A stretch of 64,000 nt of DNA from Methanocalculus sp. Lineage in GTDB: Archaea > Halobacteriota > Methanomicrobia > Methanomicrobiales > Methanocorpusculaceae. Where the stretch lies: assembly GCF_013329165.1 (NCBI RefSeq), contig NZ_DUKV01000039.1; one strand, given 5' to 3'. The notes under the pieces are model-generated. The model was not told the DNA's origin and did no database searches. It saw only the letters and a program-made list of their open reading frames with translations. Each line of letters begins with the position of its first letter. Position 1 is the first letter of the stretch. Positions 28,128 through 37,995 of the stretch are shown piece by piece. A program made the translations under genes and the position numbers.

Positions 28128-29053
28128 TATCTATTCGAAAATCCCCTGTTCAGCCCATATTCCCGTGCAGTTGCGAGTGCATCATCGAACTCCTCCTGCG
28201 TAATCCTCAGCCGAAGAGCCTCAGGTACACAATCAATCTCCCAAACCTTCCAGGCAGGCAGGTACTGCGGCATTATATTCAGATAAGTTGAGAGAGACAG
28301 CTCGTCTGCAATGAACCGCAACACCTCTTCAGTTCCGGCAAGGCCGCCCGGAAGCACCAGGTGCCTGATGATCATGCCCCGTTCTGCAATTCCGTCCCGG
28401 ATGATGATGTCCCTGACCTGCCGGTGCATCTCGGAGAGTGCTTCTTTCATCCGATCAACATAGTCGGGAACACCTGAAGAGAGCGTGAGCGATCCCGTTG
28501 CTCCCGTACTTCGCATCCGGCATATAGATGTCAATGACTCCATCAAGGAGGTGCAGGGTTTCGACTGCATCATACCCGCCGGTATTGTAAGACGATCGGG
28601 ATATGAAATCCTCGTCCTGCGTCCTGCTGCGATATCGAGCGCCCTCAGAATCTCCGGCACCTGGTGGGTGGGCGAGACCAGGTTGATATTGTGGCACCCC
28701 CTCTCCTGAAGCCGGAGCATGATCTCTGCCAGATCCTCTGTATGAACCTGAAAACCTCTCCCGCACTGGTTAATCTGATAGTTCTGGCAGAAGATACATC
28801 CGAGATTGCAGTTGGTGAAGAAGATCGTTTCTGATCCTCTTCTCCCGACAAGCGGCGGTTCCTCACCAAAATGAGGAGAATAGCTTGAGATGATCAGCGT
28901 ATCCCCTGTCCGGCAGAACCCGGTCTCTCCCGCGGGTCTGTCAACATGGCATGTATGGGGGCAGAGGGTGCAGTCACTCAGTATCTCATATGCGGCATCT
29001 GCCCGGTTCCGTACTATACCTTCTGCATGGAGGTCTGGGTATCGCTCTTTCAT
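28127..29053 (-). pseudogene. PflX-like radical SAM protein (COG1313) with three internal insertions that restore the frame
   Basis: CTLCP..C, CNLGCIFCQN, RHLVLPG intact. The conserved YNTGGYD...DIYMPDAKYG block is in another frame (ORF 28455..28766). Confidence 0.8.
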
Positions 29054-29171
29054 CTGTTCATTGGTGGTTCTGGTTGTATAACATATCCTCAGCACTGCCG
29101 TTTTGCTGAAAGAAACCATAATACTATCATGCATCAGGCACGATCATCTGCTTGTTGCCGGAGGATTATGC

Positions 29172-29753
29172 ATGGATACCAGTATACACACCCTCACCCG
29201 GAAGAGCAGGAGCACCCGGAGATTTCAGGAAGATCGTCTTCTGCCAGAATCACGGATCATTGATTTGATCGATATCGCCCGGCTCTGCCCCTCTGCCAGG
29301 AATCACCAGCCACTGAAATATATCATCTCGGTTGACCCGGAGGAGACACAAGAGATCAGATCTGCCCTCCTCTGGGCACTGGATCTCCCGAACTGGGACG
29401 GACCATCTGTTGGGGAGCGGCCGCCTGCCTATATCACGATCGTGGCCCCGGAGAACTGCAGTCCCGATCCGGCGATCGATCTTGGGATTGCCGCCCAGAC
29501 GATCCTTTTGGCAGCTGCCGAGCAGGGGATCGCCGGGTGTATGTTCGGATCCATCAAGCGTAAGGAGATGAACCGGATCCTTCCTGTTCCAAAAGGATAT
29601 GAGATCCTTCTTGTAATTGCCATTGGCTATTCCGGGGAGGAGATCCGGCTTGAGCCCCTCGGAGAAGATGGAGATACCCGGTACTGGCGGACACCGGACG
29701 GCGTTCACCATGTGCCAAAACGATCCCTCGAAGACTGCCTTGTCAGGAGGTAA
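29172..29753 (+). CDS. Nitroreductase family protein
   Basis: RSTRRF, PSARNHQP, DLGIAAQ, HHVPKR. Confidence 0.88.
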   Translation: MDTSIHTLTRKSRSTRRFQEDRLLPESRIIDLIDIARLCPSARNHQPLKYIISVDPEETQEIRSALLWALDLPNWDGPSVGERPPAYITIVAPENCSPDPAIDLGIAAQTILLAAAEQGIAGCMFGSIKRKEMNRILPVPKGYEILLVIAIGYSGEEIRLEPLGEDGDTRYWRTPDGVHHVPKRSLEDCLVRR

Positions 29754-29875
29754 TCGTCTCGGGGATGTTCACCTCCCCGTCCGCATGTGCTTCAATCGCT
29801 CCTCATGATGTGCGTGTTGCATTGGGATCAATCCAAAGCGTCCATTATCCATGTTTTCGTATAGCGAGGAGGTCC

Positions 29876-30968
29876 TTATTGTTGCTGCTCTCCTTGCTCC
29901 GCACCCTCCCCTGAATGCCCCTCTGCAATCTCCTCGAATATGGTATCCACTCCAACCAGCGTATTGATCCATCGTGTCTCCTCGCTTGACTGGAGTATTA
30001 TCAGAATAAGCAGGGTGAACGGCACGGCAAAGACGAGCCCGATGAGACCCAGTGTCCAGCTCCAGAAGATGAGCGAGAGGATGACAACGAGTGCGGGCAT
30101 CTCAAACCGTTTTGATGCCAGATGTGCATACACGGGATTCTCAACAACGACATTCAGGATGATGACAAGAACGACCACTGCCACCGCACCCCAGATCCCA
30201 AACTGGAGCCATGCAAAGAAGATCGCAGGTAGTGCGGCGATGATCAGCCCGATATAGGGGATGTAGCCGAGGATCACTGTCAGGATTCCCCAGAGGATGG
30301 CAGAGTGCACCCCCATCACATACAGGATGCCTCCAAAGAGGAACCCATGGACGATTATTCGTCTCTGTCCTGACGACGACAAAATCCACCATGAACCTGC
30401 TCATCCTGGCGAACTGTCTGAGGGATTCGTTCTCCACGCTACCGTAGATCTTCCTGATCCGTTCTGGAATCTTTGGTGCTTCAAGGAGGGCGAAGAAGGT
30501 GGTGATCGCAATGAAGAAGATATATAATAATGCTTCACTCAGGCTGATCATTGACTGGGAGATGATCATGGCAGTTGACTGGAGATTTATTGTCGGGCTG
30601 GTAATTGCTGTCCGTTCGATCCCGAGTCTGTCAAAGAGCATGAAGATGTCAGCGAGACGTTCCTGGAGCTCCACCTGGAAGAACGGGAGGTCGGCGATGA
30701 GCTGGCCGATTGATGCGAGAATCAGAAGAATCAATCCGATAATAATCAGGACTGCCCCGCCTGTAATGACCGACACTGCGGCAATGTCGGGGAGCCCTTT
30801 CTCCTTCAACCACCTGACACAGGGGTAGATGAGCATGGTGAGGACGAGCGAAAGGAGGAGGATATTGATGATATATGAGGTGATCTGGATTCCTATTACA
30901 ATAACGATGAGGAGCGCCAGAAAGACGAGTGTCCGATAGGTGACGGGGATTCTCTGGGTGTCAATCAC
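29876..30968 (-). pseudogene. AI-2E family transporter, frameshifted
   Basis: N-terminal part in ORF 30141..30968, C-terminal part (LGYIPYIG, ENPVY, W..GLIGLVFAVP) in ORF 29876..30382; one extra A near 30355-30356. Confidence 0.8.
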
Positions 30969-31867
30969 AGGCCACTCCCCCTCTCTTCAAAGAGTTCATG
31001 CAGTCGGAACCGGTAGGGTCCCAGCCTGCCGTCAAAGTTTGATGCACCGATCGCGAGGATGCCGCCATGTGCAGTTGCCGCCTCTATGCCGGCCCCCATC
31101 GCCATTTGGATCGCCTCTTCACCGATCCCGTTGATCACCACTTCATAGATCGTATTCACGCCGTCAGGGACCTGTGAGCCTTCCACCTCTCCTTTCAATG
31201 TCGGGCAGAGGAGATGGTTTGTGCTTGCAGGCATGGGGAAACGGTAATTTTTGCATCCGACTTTTGATCCGCTCCCGACAATGCCCCCGGCAAAACTCAT
31301 GATCACATCGTTTATCGGCTCTATTGCCTTCACTCCCGCCTGTGCGGCGGCGAGTGTCTGGTGGCGGTCATTCCCCATCACGAGGAAGTTTCCTCCTGCA
31401 ATGCCTTTCACGGTTCCATACCGTTCCTCTCCGATATATTCCCCTTCCATGACAGGAATACGCCAGCACTGCCTGGTGCCGACCAGATACCGCTCCTCAT
31501 ACCCATCTCCAAAGTAATGCAATCGGGTATAGAACCGATCAGGTGCATCGGGGAGTCCGTCATAGGCGGATGCCGTGGGCGCCGGGAGGATGCACTGGGA
31601 GATTCGATCCGATACATGTGATCGCATCTGTTTCTTCTCGGCAGAGATCAGGATCGAGACACCCGGTCTGCCATCGGGGGTATCATCCCTGATTCCTTCT
31701 ATCCCTGCCTCGCAGGGGCAGTAGATCTTTGAGGTGGCAAAACCTGTTGCTTCTGCTGCTGCCGCATATGCCAGCTCGCGTGTATCTGCTGTGACGATCA
31801 CTCTTGAGATCCAGATGGGAAATGCCTCGGCAAAGGTATCGATTATGGTGATCCCGTTTCGTTCCAT
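30965..31867 (-). CDS. ftr: Formylmethanofuran:tetrahydromethanopterin formyltransferase (possibly a paralogue)
   Basis: DTFAEAF, ATGFATS..CPCEAG, TPDGRPG, FGDGYE, GIAGGNF, GSGSK, EVVING. Confidence 0.85.
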   Translation of the reverse strand: MERNGITIIDTFAEAFPIWISRVIVTADTRELAYAAAAEATGFATSKIYCPCEAGIEGIRDDTPDGRPGVSILISAEKKQMRSHVSDRISQCILPAPTASAYDGLPDAPDRFYTRLHYFGDGYEERYLVGTRQCWRIPVMEGEYIGEERYGTVKGIAGGNFLVMGNDRHQTLAAAQAGVKAIEPINDVIMSFAGGIVGSGSKVGCKNYRFPMPASTNHLLCPTLKGEVEGSQVPDGVNTIYEVVINGIGEEAIQMAMGAGIEAATAHGGILAIGASNFDGRLGPYRFRLHELFEERGSGL

Positions 31868-31873
31868 CCGGGA

Positions 31874-32440
31874 TCATCCTCTCTTGAAGATGACTCCGTC
31901 TTCGGTAATGATCGCATCCATTGGAATATCGTGCGGGTCAAGCGGGAGTGCTTCCATCTCCTGGCATGCAAAGGCAATACCGATCTTTCTGATCGACGGG
32001 TACTTCGACAGGAAACGGTCATAATAGCCTGCACCATAGCCGATACGCCCACCCCGGCGGTCAAAGCCGAGCATCGGGAGGATGATCGTATCGATATCAG
32101 CACCATCAGCCGGGATCTCATTCCCGATCGGTTCAGGTACTCCGAAGGTGCTTGGGATCAGAACCCCCATATCCTCAATATATGATAGGCGAAGGCTGTA
32201 ATCTTCCTTCTGGATGATCGGAACAACGACCGGATTCTTGTATGCAAGGAGCATCCTGATGAGCGGAATCGTGTTCACCTCCTTCTCCTTTGAGGTGTAG
32301 ACCATCACCGTCTCATTCGGCTGGATCATCTTCATCAGGTGTGCACAGATCCGCCTGCTCCTCTCAAACCGCTCTTCCGGTGTCTGCATCTCCTTTCTCT
32401 GCCTGAGTATGTTCCGAATTGTCTCCTTATCCTGACCCAT
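31874..32440 (-). CDS. 5-formyltetrahydrofolate cyclo-ligase
   Basis: FGVPEP, PMLGFDRRGGRIGYGAGYYDRFL, PHDIPMDAIITE. Confidence 0.9.
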   Translation of the reverse strand: MGQDKETIRNILRQRKEMQTPEERFERSRRICAHLMKMIQPNETVMVYTSKEKEVNTIPLIRMLLAYKNPVVVPIIQKEDYSLRLSYIEDMGVLIPSTFGVPEPIGNEIPADGADIDTIILPMLGFDRRGGRIGYGAGYYDRFLSKYPSIRKIGIAFACQEMEALPLDPHDIPMDAIITEDGVIFKRG

Positions 32441-32489
32441 AGATACTCATCACCTAATGGCAGTAGTGGAGCAGGAAGCTATATAAGAT

Positions 32490-33629
32490 TCATCCTTCGA
32501 GCAGAGCCGCTTTGTCATTCTGCTTCCTGAGGATGTATGCCAGAATCATCCCGATCAGAAATGCAGGGGTGATGCCGCCGATGAGAGCGATGATTCCCAT
32601 TGCGATCGTGACCGGATAGGAGTCGGTCTTCATGCCATGTTTTCCAAGCTCAAGGGCAACGAAGATGAGAAGGCCGCCGAAGATGCCATAGGGGATCAGG
32701 GTGAGGACTTCAGGGGGTGCAAAGGCGATTGCAAATCCGATGATGATAACTCCTGCGATGATGTTTGCACCGCCGGTCCGTGCACCGAACCGGTACATGG
32801 CGGCGAGACCCCCGGCCCCGTGACACATGGGGAAGCCGCCGAAGGGGGCAGTGGTCAGGTTCATGATCCCGATCGTCTTTGCCAGCCGGTCAGGTTTGAT
32901 CTCGTGCCTGAAGAGGTCAAGGGTGAGGAGCGATGTAGCAAGGATTGCATTGCCGATGGTGAGTGGGATCTGCGGGATAACCAGATGCAGAGCTGAAAAG
33001 AGCCAGTCTCCTGATGCGGGGATGATCAGTTCGGGGAATGGGATCAGCCGGAACGGCGGCAGTCCTGTCATGATGATGCCTGCGCCAAGACCGATTCCGA
33101 TCACGATAAGCGAGGAGATATCCGGTATCTGTTTTACATAGCCGGCAATAAAGAACCCACCGATGATCAGAATTGCGACTGCGGCAAAGACTGGATCCGG
33201 TACAATATAACCAAACGATGTTCTGAGAAGAATCAGTGCTAAGCCAACCTGAATGCCCCGGATCACACTGATTGGAATCAACTTCTGGAGCCGCTCCATC
33301 CCCTTCAGATATCCAAGGATGATGAGAAACAACCCGATAATAATCCCGGAAGCGGCGATCTCGCCTGCCGTTAATCCTTCAGCGATGGCGATGGCACCGA
33401 TCGCCTTCATCGGCTCGATCGGGACAGGGAGCTTGTAATAGAGTCCTGCGATGATGAACCAGAGCCCGACACCGAGGAATGCATAACTGACATTGACTCC
33501 GGCGGCAATCCCTGCACCCAGGATGATCGGAAAGATCGTCCCGAAGTCGCCGACCGATCCTGCAAACTCCCGGAGGGAGAAACGGATGCCTGTCTTGTGT
33601 TTCTCTTCAGGAGCCTGTTCCACATCCAT
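32490..33629 (-). CDS. Putative molybdate/sulfate transporter (MOT1-like)
   Basis: EFAGSVGDFGT, PVPIEPMKAI, PMCHGAGGLAAMYRFGARTG. Confidence 0.85.
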   Translation of the reverse strand: MDVEQAPEEKHKTGIRFSLREFAGSVGDFGTIFPIILGAGIAAGVNVSYAFLGVGLWFIIAGLYYKLPVPIEPMKAIGAIAIAEGLTAGEIAASGIIIGLFLIILGYLKGMERLQKLIPISVIRGIQVGLALILLRTSFGYIVPDPVFAAVAILIIGGFFIAGYVKQIPDISSLIVIGIGLGAGIIMTGLPPFRLIPFPELIIPASGDWLFSALHLVIPQIPLTIGNAILATSLLTLDLFRHEIKPDRLAKTIGIMNLTTAPFGGFPMCHGAGGLAAMYRFGARTGGANIIAGVIIIGFAIAFAPPEVLTLIPYGIFGGLLIFVALELGKHGMKTDSYPVTIAMGIIALIGGITPAFLIGMILAYILRKQNDKAALLEG

Positions 33630-33719
33630 CCGCACCACTCTTCTGGTAAGAGGGATAGGAACTGTTTATTTATAAAGAACATGGATGGCGTCAGAATGCC
33701 GGGGTGAGTCTCACAGCCT

Positions 33720-34061
33720 TTATCGGGGAGGCTCTCTCAGAAGATCAATTATTTTTTTTGGAAATCTCTCTGAAAAAATTCCGGCATACCGCTGATCGAT
33801 TATGGAAACGATTGCATCGGTTCCTTTGCTTGTGGTGGATATGCCCACCCGCTCGGCTCTCCTGATAAGCCCGTCCTTCTCCATCGCGGCAAAGTGCGGC
33901 AGGACATAATAGTGGGGTATACCAAGGTGTTCTGCAAGCCGCCGTGTTCTGGGGAGTGATATGGAGACCTCCTCCCCGGTAACACTGATGGTGATGCGGC
34001 CTTCTTCCAGGATGAGCCGGATGGCCGCATCAAGCATTTCGTGGTGTTCGTATGCCTTCAT
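33720..34061 (-). CDS. Small GntR-like wHTH protein
   Basis: LPRTRRLAEHLGI...MEKDGLIRRAERVG. Confidence 0.6.
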   Translation of the reverse strand: MKAYEHHEMLDAAIRLILEEGRITISVTGEEVSISLPRTRRLAEHLGIPHYYVLPHFAAMEKDGLIRRAERVGISTTSKGTDAIVSIIDQRYAGIFSERFPKKIIDLLREPPR

Positions 34062-34135
34062 TGAATGCTCTCACTTTTCTGCTCTCCTGGTAAGAGTGGT
34101 TCAGTTCAGATGCCAGACTGTCCCTGTGTGCTGTT

Positions 34136-34363
34136 TTACTTTGATCTCTTCTTGCCGTGCTGGTCTTCAGGCATATCCTGAAGATAGACGATCTCAGCAT
34201 CGGTATCGGTTGCAATCTGTTCAAGTTCGGTCTTCCGGAAGTGGGTTCCCTCAACCTTCAGCTGTCTCTTGTCATCTGCACCTGCTGTGACTGCAACAAC
34301 CCTGAATCTGGGCTGTTTCACACCTGTGCCTACCTTCTGTCGTTCTCGTACATAGATCTTCAT
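34136..34363 (-). CDS. Small conserved hypothetical protein
   Basis: MKIYVRERQKVG... with a GAGGTGA RBS-like sequence upstream. Confidence 0.6.
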   Translation of the reverse strand: MKIYVRERQKVGTGVKQPRFRVVAVTAGADDKRQLKVEGTHFRKTELEQIATDTDAEIVYLQDMPEDQHGKKRSK

Positions 34364-34379
34364 ACCTTTCACCTCATTT

Positions 34380-34403
34380 CAGTTGGTATATCAGTTGGTA
34401 TAC
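34380..34403. promoter_or_regulatory. 12-bp direct repeat between TATA box and start codon
   Basis: cagttggtatat cagttggtatac, next to the AT run ttattatataaa at ~34406-34417. Confidence 0.5.
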
Positions 34404-34582
34404 CTTTATTATATAAATAAGTTTGCACAAAAGACTCCTTTTCGGATTGTTTGGGATCTGTGATCTACGGGAAAAAGTTCATATTGTTCATTAAACTTAT
34501 TGAATGTATTTAATCAACAATACATTATTCATATTTGTCAGCGAATGAATACGCTGATACAGATGAAAGAGGAGAAGGGTTC

Positions 34583-35281
34583 GTGATCGTTTATCTTGGC
34601 ATTGATGATACGGATACGCAGGAATCACGGGGAACCGGAAGGCTTGCCCGTTTTATCGCAGATGAACTGTCTTCAGAGTATGGTATACTTGGCGTCACAC
34701 GGCACCAATTATTTGTTCATGATGAGATTCCCTATACATCCCATAACAGTGCTGCTGTTATTCATATCGAGGGCAATGGCAATGGATCTATGCAAAAGAT
34801 CTACCAGAGTGCCCGCGAGATGATGCTCTCCGACTTTATCGTTGGCAGTGATCCAGGTATCTGTATCGCAGCAGCAGAGACAGTCCCTCCTCCGGTTGTT
34901 GCATTCGGATGGAGTGCAAAGAAGACCGTTCTCACGCAGGAAGCAGCACGTTATCATGCACAGAGCTGTGGTATCACCCTTGAAGGGCTTGGTGGGACAA
35001 ACGGTGGTATCATCGGTGCACTTGCCGGGGTCGGGCTTGCGGCTTCAGGGGAGGATGGCAGGTTTGTTATGCGAGGACGCTCCCGGATGATGACCGGAAG
35101 CCGGAGTGTTGACGAGCTCCTTGCCTCCGGGATCGATCAGATCATGACACGGGATCGCGAGCTGGTGAGTGAAGGCCATGTGGAGATCCGGAAGTTCCCA
35201 AAACCGGCTCTCGTGAATGGGGAGGCAGTCCTGTATGTGGCCGGAACAGACGGGCACTATCAGGATCTCGTGGTTGGATAA
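34583..35281 (+). CDS. TiaS N-terminal-domain-like (COG1571-related) protein
   Basis: VYLGIDDTD...GTGRLAR...RHQL....IPYTSHNS, GSDPG, GGIIGALAGVGL. Confidence 0.65.
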   Translation: MIVYLGIDDTDTQESRGTGRLARFIADELSSEYGILGVTRHQLFVHDEIPYTSHNSAAVIHIEGNGNGSMQKIYQSAREMMLSDFIVGSDPGICIAAAETVPPPVVAFGWSAKKTVLTQEAARYHAQSCGITLEGLGGTNGGIIGALAGVGLAASGEDGRFVMRGRSRMMTGSRSVDELLASGIDQIMTRDRELVSEGHVEIRKFPKPALVNGEAVLYVAGTDGHYQDLVVG

Positions 35282-35391
35282 CATCATCACGGGATCGGTT
35301 TGCTTCTTGCGCCACTCAGGATAGTAAATAGCCGATTCCGAATGAATGATAAGGATAAAAATAATTGAAATTTCATAATGGTTTGATTATT

Positions 35392-36198
35392 ATGCACAGA
35401 AGAAGGGAGATTGAATCAAAACTGAAAGGTGAGACGCTTGGTCGTCGTGGCCTTCTGAAACGGTATGAAGGTTCCAATCAGCTCAGGATCACTCCGGATC
35501 TGCATGTTGTAAAGATCGGAGGGCACGGGATCGTTGATTATGGAGCGCCTGTCTTAATGCCGCTTGCAGAAGAGATCGGGTCGCTCTCACGAAACCATCA
35601 GATGATGGTTGTGACCGGCGGGGGTGTGCGTGTCCGGCATATCATGGATATCGGTCTGGACCTCGGCATGCCAACCGGCGTGCTTGCGGAACTCTCCGGG
35701 AAGGTGAGCGAACAGAATGCGCTGATGGTGTCGGTCCTCCTCTCCGGGTATGGTGGAACCCGCATTCACTCATCTGATCTTCTTGATCTTCCGATGCTCC
35801 TCAGGATGGGTATTCTTCCGGTAACTCACGGCACTCCACCATATGGGTTGTATGAATCACCCTCTGAAATCGGCATGATCCCGGCTCACCGGACAGATAC
35901 CGGTGCCTTTCTTATGGCCGAGGTGCTCGGGGCGAAATCCTGTATTCTTGTCAAGAATGTTGACGGTCTCTTTACAGAAAATCCATTTGATAACCCGGAT
36001 GCCGAATTGATCGAAGAGATCACCGCTGCAGAACTCCTGGATCTGGGGATGGAGGATCTTGTGCTTGAGGATAAGGTGGTTGAGATGATGCAGGATGCAA
36101 AATGTGTCCGTAAGGTTCATATCATCAATGGGCATGTTCCCGGAACACTGACACGCCTCCTGAATGGGGAGCGGGTTGGATCGATTATAAAAGCCTGA
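35392..36198 (+). CDS. Molybdenum storage protein (MoSto)-like, amino-acid-kinase fold
   Basis: VVKIGG, TGGGVRVRH..DIGLDLGMPTG, PPY, IPAHRTDTGAFL, KNVDGL, INGHVPG..G++VG++I. Confidence 0.8.
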   Translation: MHRRREIESKLKGETLGRRGLLKRYEGSNQLRITPDLHVVKIGGHGIVDYGAPVLMPLAEEIGSLSRNHQMMVVTGGGVRVRHIMDIGLDLGMPTGVLAELSGKVSEQNALMVSVLLSGYGGTRIHSSDLLDLPMLLRMGILPVTHGTPPYGLYESPSEIGMIPAHRTDTGAFLMAEVLGAKSCILVKNVDGLFTENPFDNPDAELIEEITAAELLDLGMEDLVLEDKVVEMMQDAKCVRKVHIINGHVPGTLTRLLNGERVGSIIKA

Positions 36199-36212
36199 AT
36201 GTGAGATGTGAT

Positions 36213-36249
36213 GGTTTAGTGTGTTAATTAAATACGATTAACCTAAACC
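36213..36249. promoter_or_regulatory. Imperfect inverted repeat upstream of tupA
   Basis: ggtttag(tgt)gttaat-N8-attaacctaaacc. Confidence 0.4.
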
Positions 36250-36298
36250 TAAAAAATAACCGTTAAATAGTAAAAGATAGTAATAAACCCTGTTTACT

Positions 36299-37252
36299 AT
36301 GAAATGGAACAGCATTATTCTCGTGGCTGGCCTTCTGATTGCAGGGCTGCTTGTTGCAGGATGCGTCAGCGGTGATGCACCTGCCGTACCGGATGCGACA
36401 CCAGTTCCAACAGCTGCCCCAGCTCCCGAAGAGCTTCGGATCGCGACAACCACAAGCCTCTATGATACCGGGCTCCTCGATCACCTGACGCCCGCGTTTG
36501 AAGAGCAGTATAATGCCAAACTCCTGATCGTCTCTGCAGGTACCGGGAAAGCCCTTGAGTACGGCCAGCGTGGCGATGTCGATGTGATGATGGTCCACGA
36601 CCGTGCCCGTGAAGATACCTTCATTGCAGAAGGCAATGGAGTCGAGCGGCGTGTTATCGCGTACAATTACTTTGTGATCGTCGGTCCCGAGTCAGACCCT
36701 GCAGGCATCCGTGGAACAGAACCTGAAGAAGCGTTCCAGACCCTTATGACCGAGGGCAAAGCAGGGACTCCGGGTGTTGTCTTCGTCTCACGTGGCGATG
36801 CTTCCGGAACACATGCAAAAGAGAAAGCTATCTGGAAGGCAGCAGGCTATGACTATGCGACTGATGTCCAGAACTCAGGTGACTGGTATGTCGAAGCAGG
36901 AACCGGCATGGGTGCAACCCTTGTGATGGCAAATGAGAAAGAAGCATACACCCTCTCTGATATCGGGACATTCCTTGCATACAAAGGAGATCTTCAGCTT
37001 GTGCCTCTGGTCGACTCCGGGGATATCCTCCTGAATATCTACTCGACCATGCTGATCAACCCCGAGAAGCATGAGGGCATCGACACCGAACTGGGGAAGG
37101 CATGGATCAACTACCTCATCTCCGATGAAGTGCAGCAGGAGATAAAAACCTTCGGTGTCGAAGAGTACGGTCAACCCCTCTTCTTCCCGGCTTCCGGTAA
37201 ATGGGATCTGATGGGAGTTTCCGAGGCAGAAGTTTCGGCTCCTGTTGTCTGA
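36299..37252 (+). CDS. tupA: Tungstate ABC transporter substrate-binding lipoprotein
   Basis: Lipobox VAGC, ATTTSLYDTGLL, GTGKAL, SRGDASGTHAKE, YTLSDIGT, LLNIY. Confidence 0.9.
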   Translation: MKWNSIILVAGLLIAGLLVAGCVSGDAPAVPDATPVPTAAPAPEELRIATTTSLYDTGLLDHLTPAFEEQYNAKLLIVSAGTGKALEYGQRGDVDVMMVHDRAREDTFIAEGNGVERRVIAYNYFVIVGPESDPAGIRGTEPEEAFQTLMTEGKAGTPGVVFVSRGDASGTHAKEKAIWKAAGYDYATDVQNSGDWYVEAGTGMGATLVMANEKEAYTLSDIGTFLAYKGDLQLVPLVDSGDILLNIYSTMLINPEKHEGIDTELGKAWINYLISDEVQQEIKTFGVEEYGQPLFFPASGKWDLMGVSEAEVSAPVV

Positions 37253-37265
37253 TCGAAAACCAACC

Positions 37266-37273
37266 TTTTTTTT
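37266..37273 (+). terminator. Candidate archaeal oligo-T terminator after tupA
   Basis: T8 tract 14 bp after the tupA stop. Confidence 0.35.
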
Positions 37274-37308
37274 GTCGCCTTCGACAAAATTGTCCATGAG
37301 AGTATGCT

Positions 37309-37995
37309 ATGAATGAGATTGTCGCAGGTTTCACCACCGCACTTGAGCTGATAATAAGCCTGGATCCGGAGGTGATCGATACTGCTATCCGGAGCATGAC
37401 CATCTCGCTCACCGCAACCTTCTTTGCCACCCTGTTTGCGATACCGATCGGATCTGTCATCACCTTTTCAGAATTCCACGGGAAAAAGGCACTTATCAAT
37501 CTGATCCAGACGCTCTATGCTCTTCCGACGGTACTTGTCGGGTTGTTTGTCTTCCTCCTGATCTCGCGTGCGGGTCCACTCGGTTTCATGCGGCTCCTCT
37601 TCACCCCTGAGGGGATGGTGATTGCCCAGATGATCCTGATCCTCCCGATCCTGATCGGTCTGACGATATCTGCCCTGAAAGGAGTGGATTCGACGATCCT
37701 TGACACCCTCCGGTCGCTGGGCGCGACCCGGTACCAGTTCATGAAGAGTGTCGTCCGTGAGGCACGGTATGCGATCATGGCAGCGGTGGTGCTCGGATTT
37801 GGTCGTGCCATCTCTGAAGTTGGGGCTGCGATCATGATCGGAGGGAATATCCGGGGGCATACCCGCGTGCTGACAACCGCTATCTCGCTTGAGACCTCGA
37901 TGGGGAACATCGCGCTGTCGCTTGCGCTTGGGATCATCCTCCTCGGAATAGCCCTTGTGATCAACCTCATGTTAGCATATGTTCAGAACCGGTGA
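37309..37995 (+). CDS. tupB: Tungstate ABC transporter permease
   Basis: LPTVLVGL, GFGRAISEVGA..IGGNI..HTRVLTTAI. Confidence 0.9.
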   Translation: MNEIVAGFTTALELIISLDPEVIDTAIRSMTISLTATFFATLFAIPIGSVITFSEFHGKKALINLIQTLYALPTVLVGLFVFLLISRAGPLGFMRLLFTPEGMVIAQMILILPILIGLTISALKGVDSTILDTLRSLGATRYQFMKSVVREARYAIMAAVVLGFGRAISEVGAAIMIGGNIRGHTRVLTTAISLETSMGNIALSLALGIILLGIALVINLMLAYVQNR

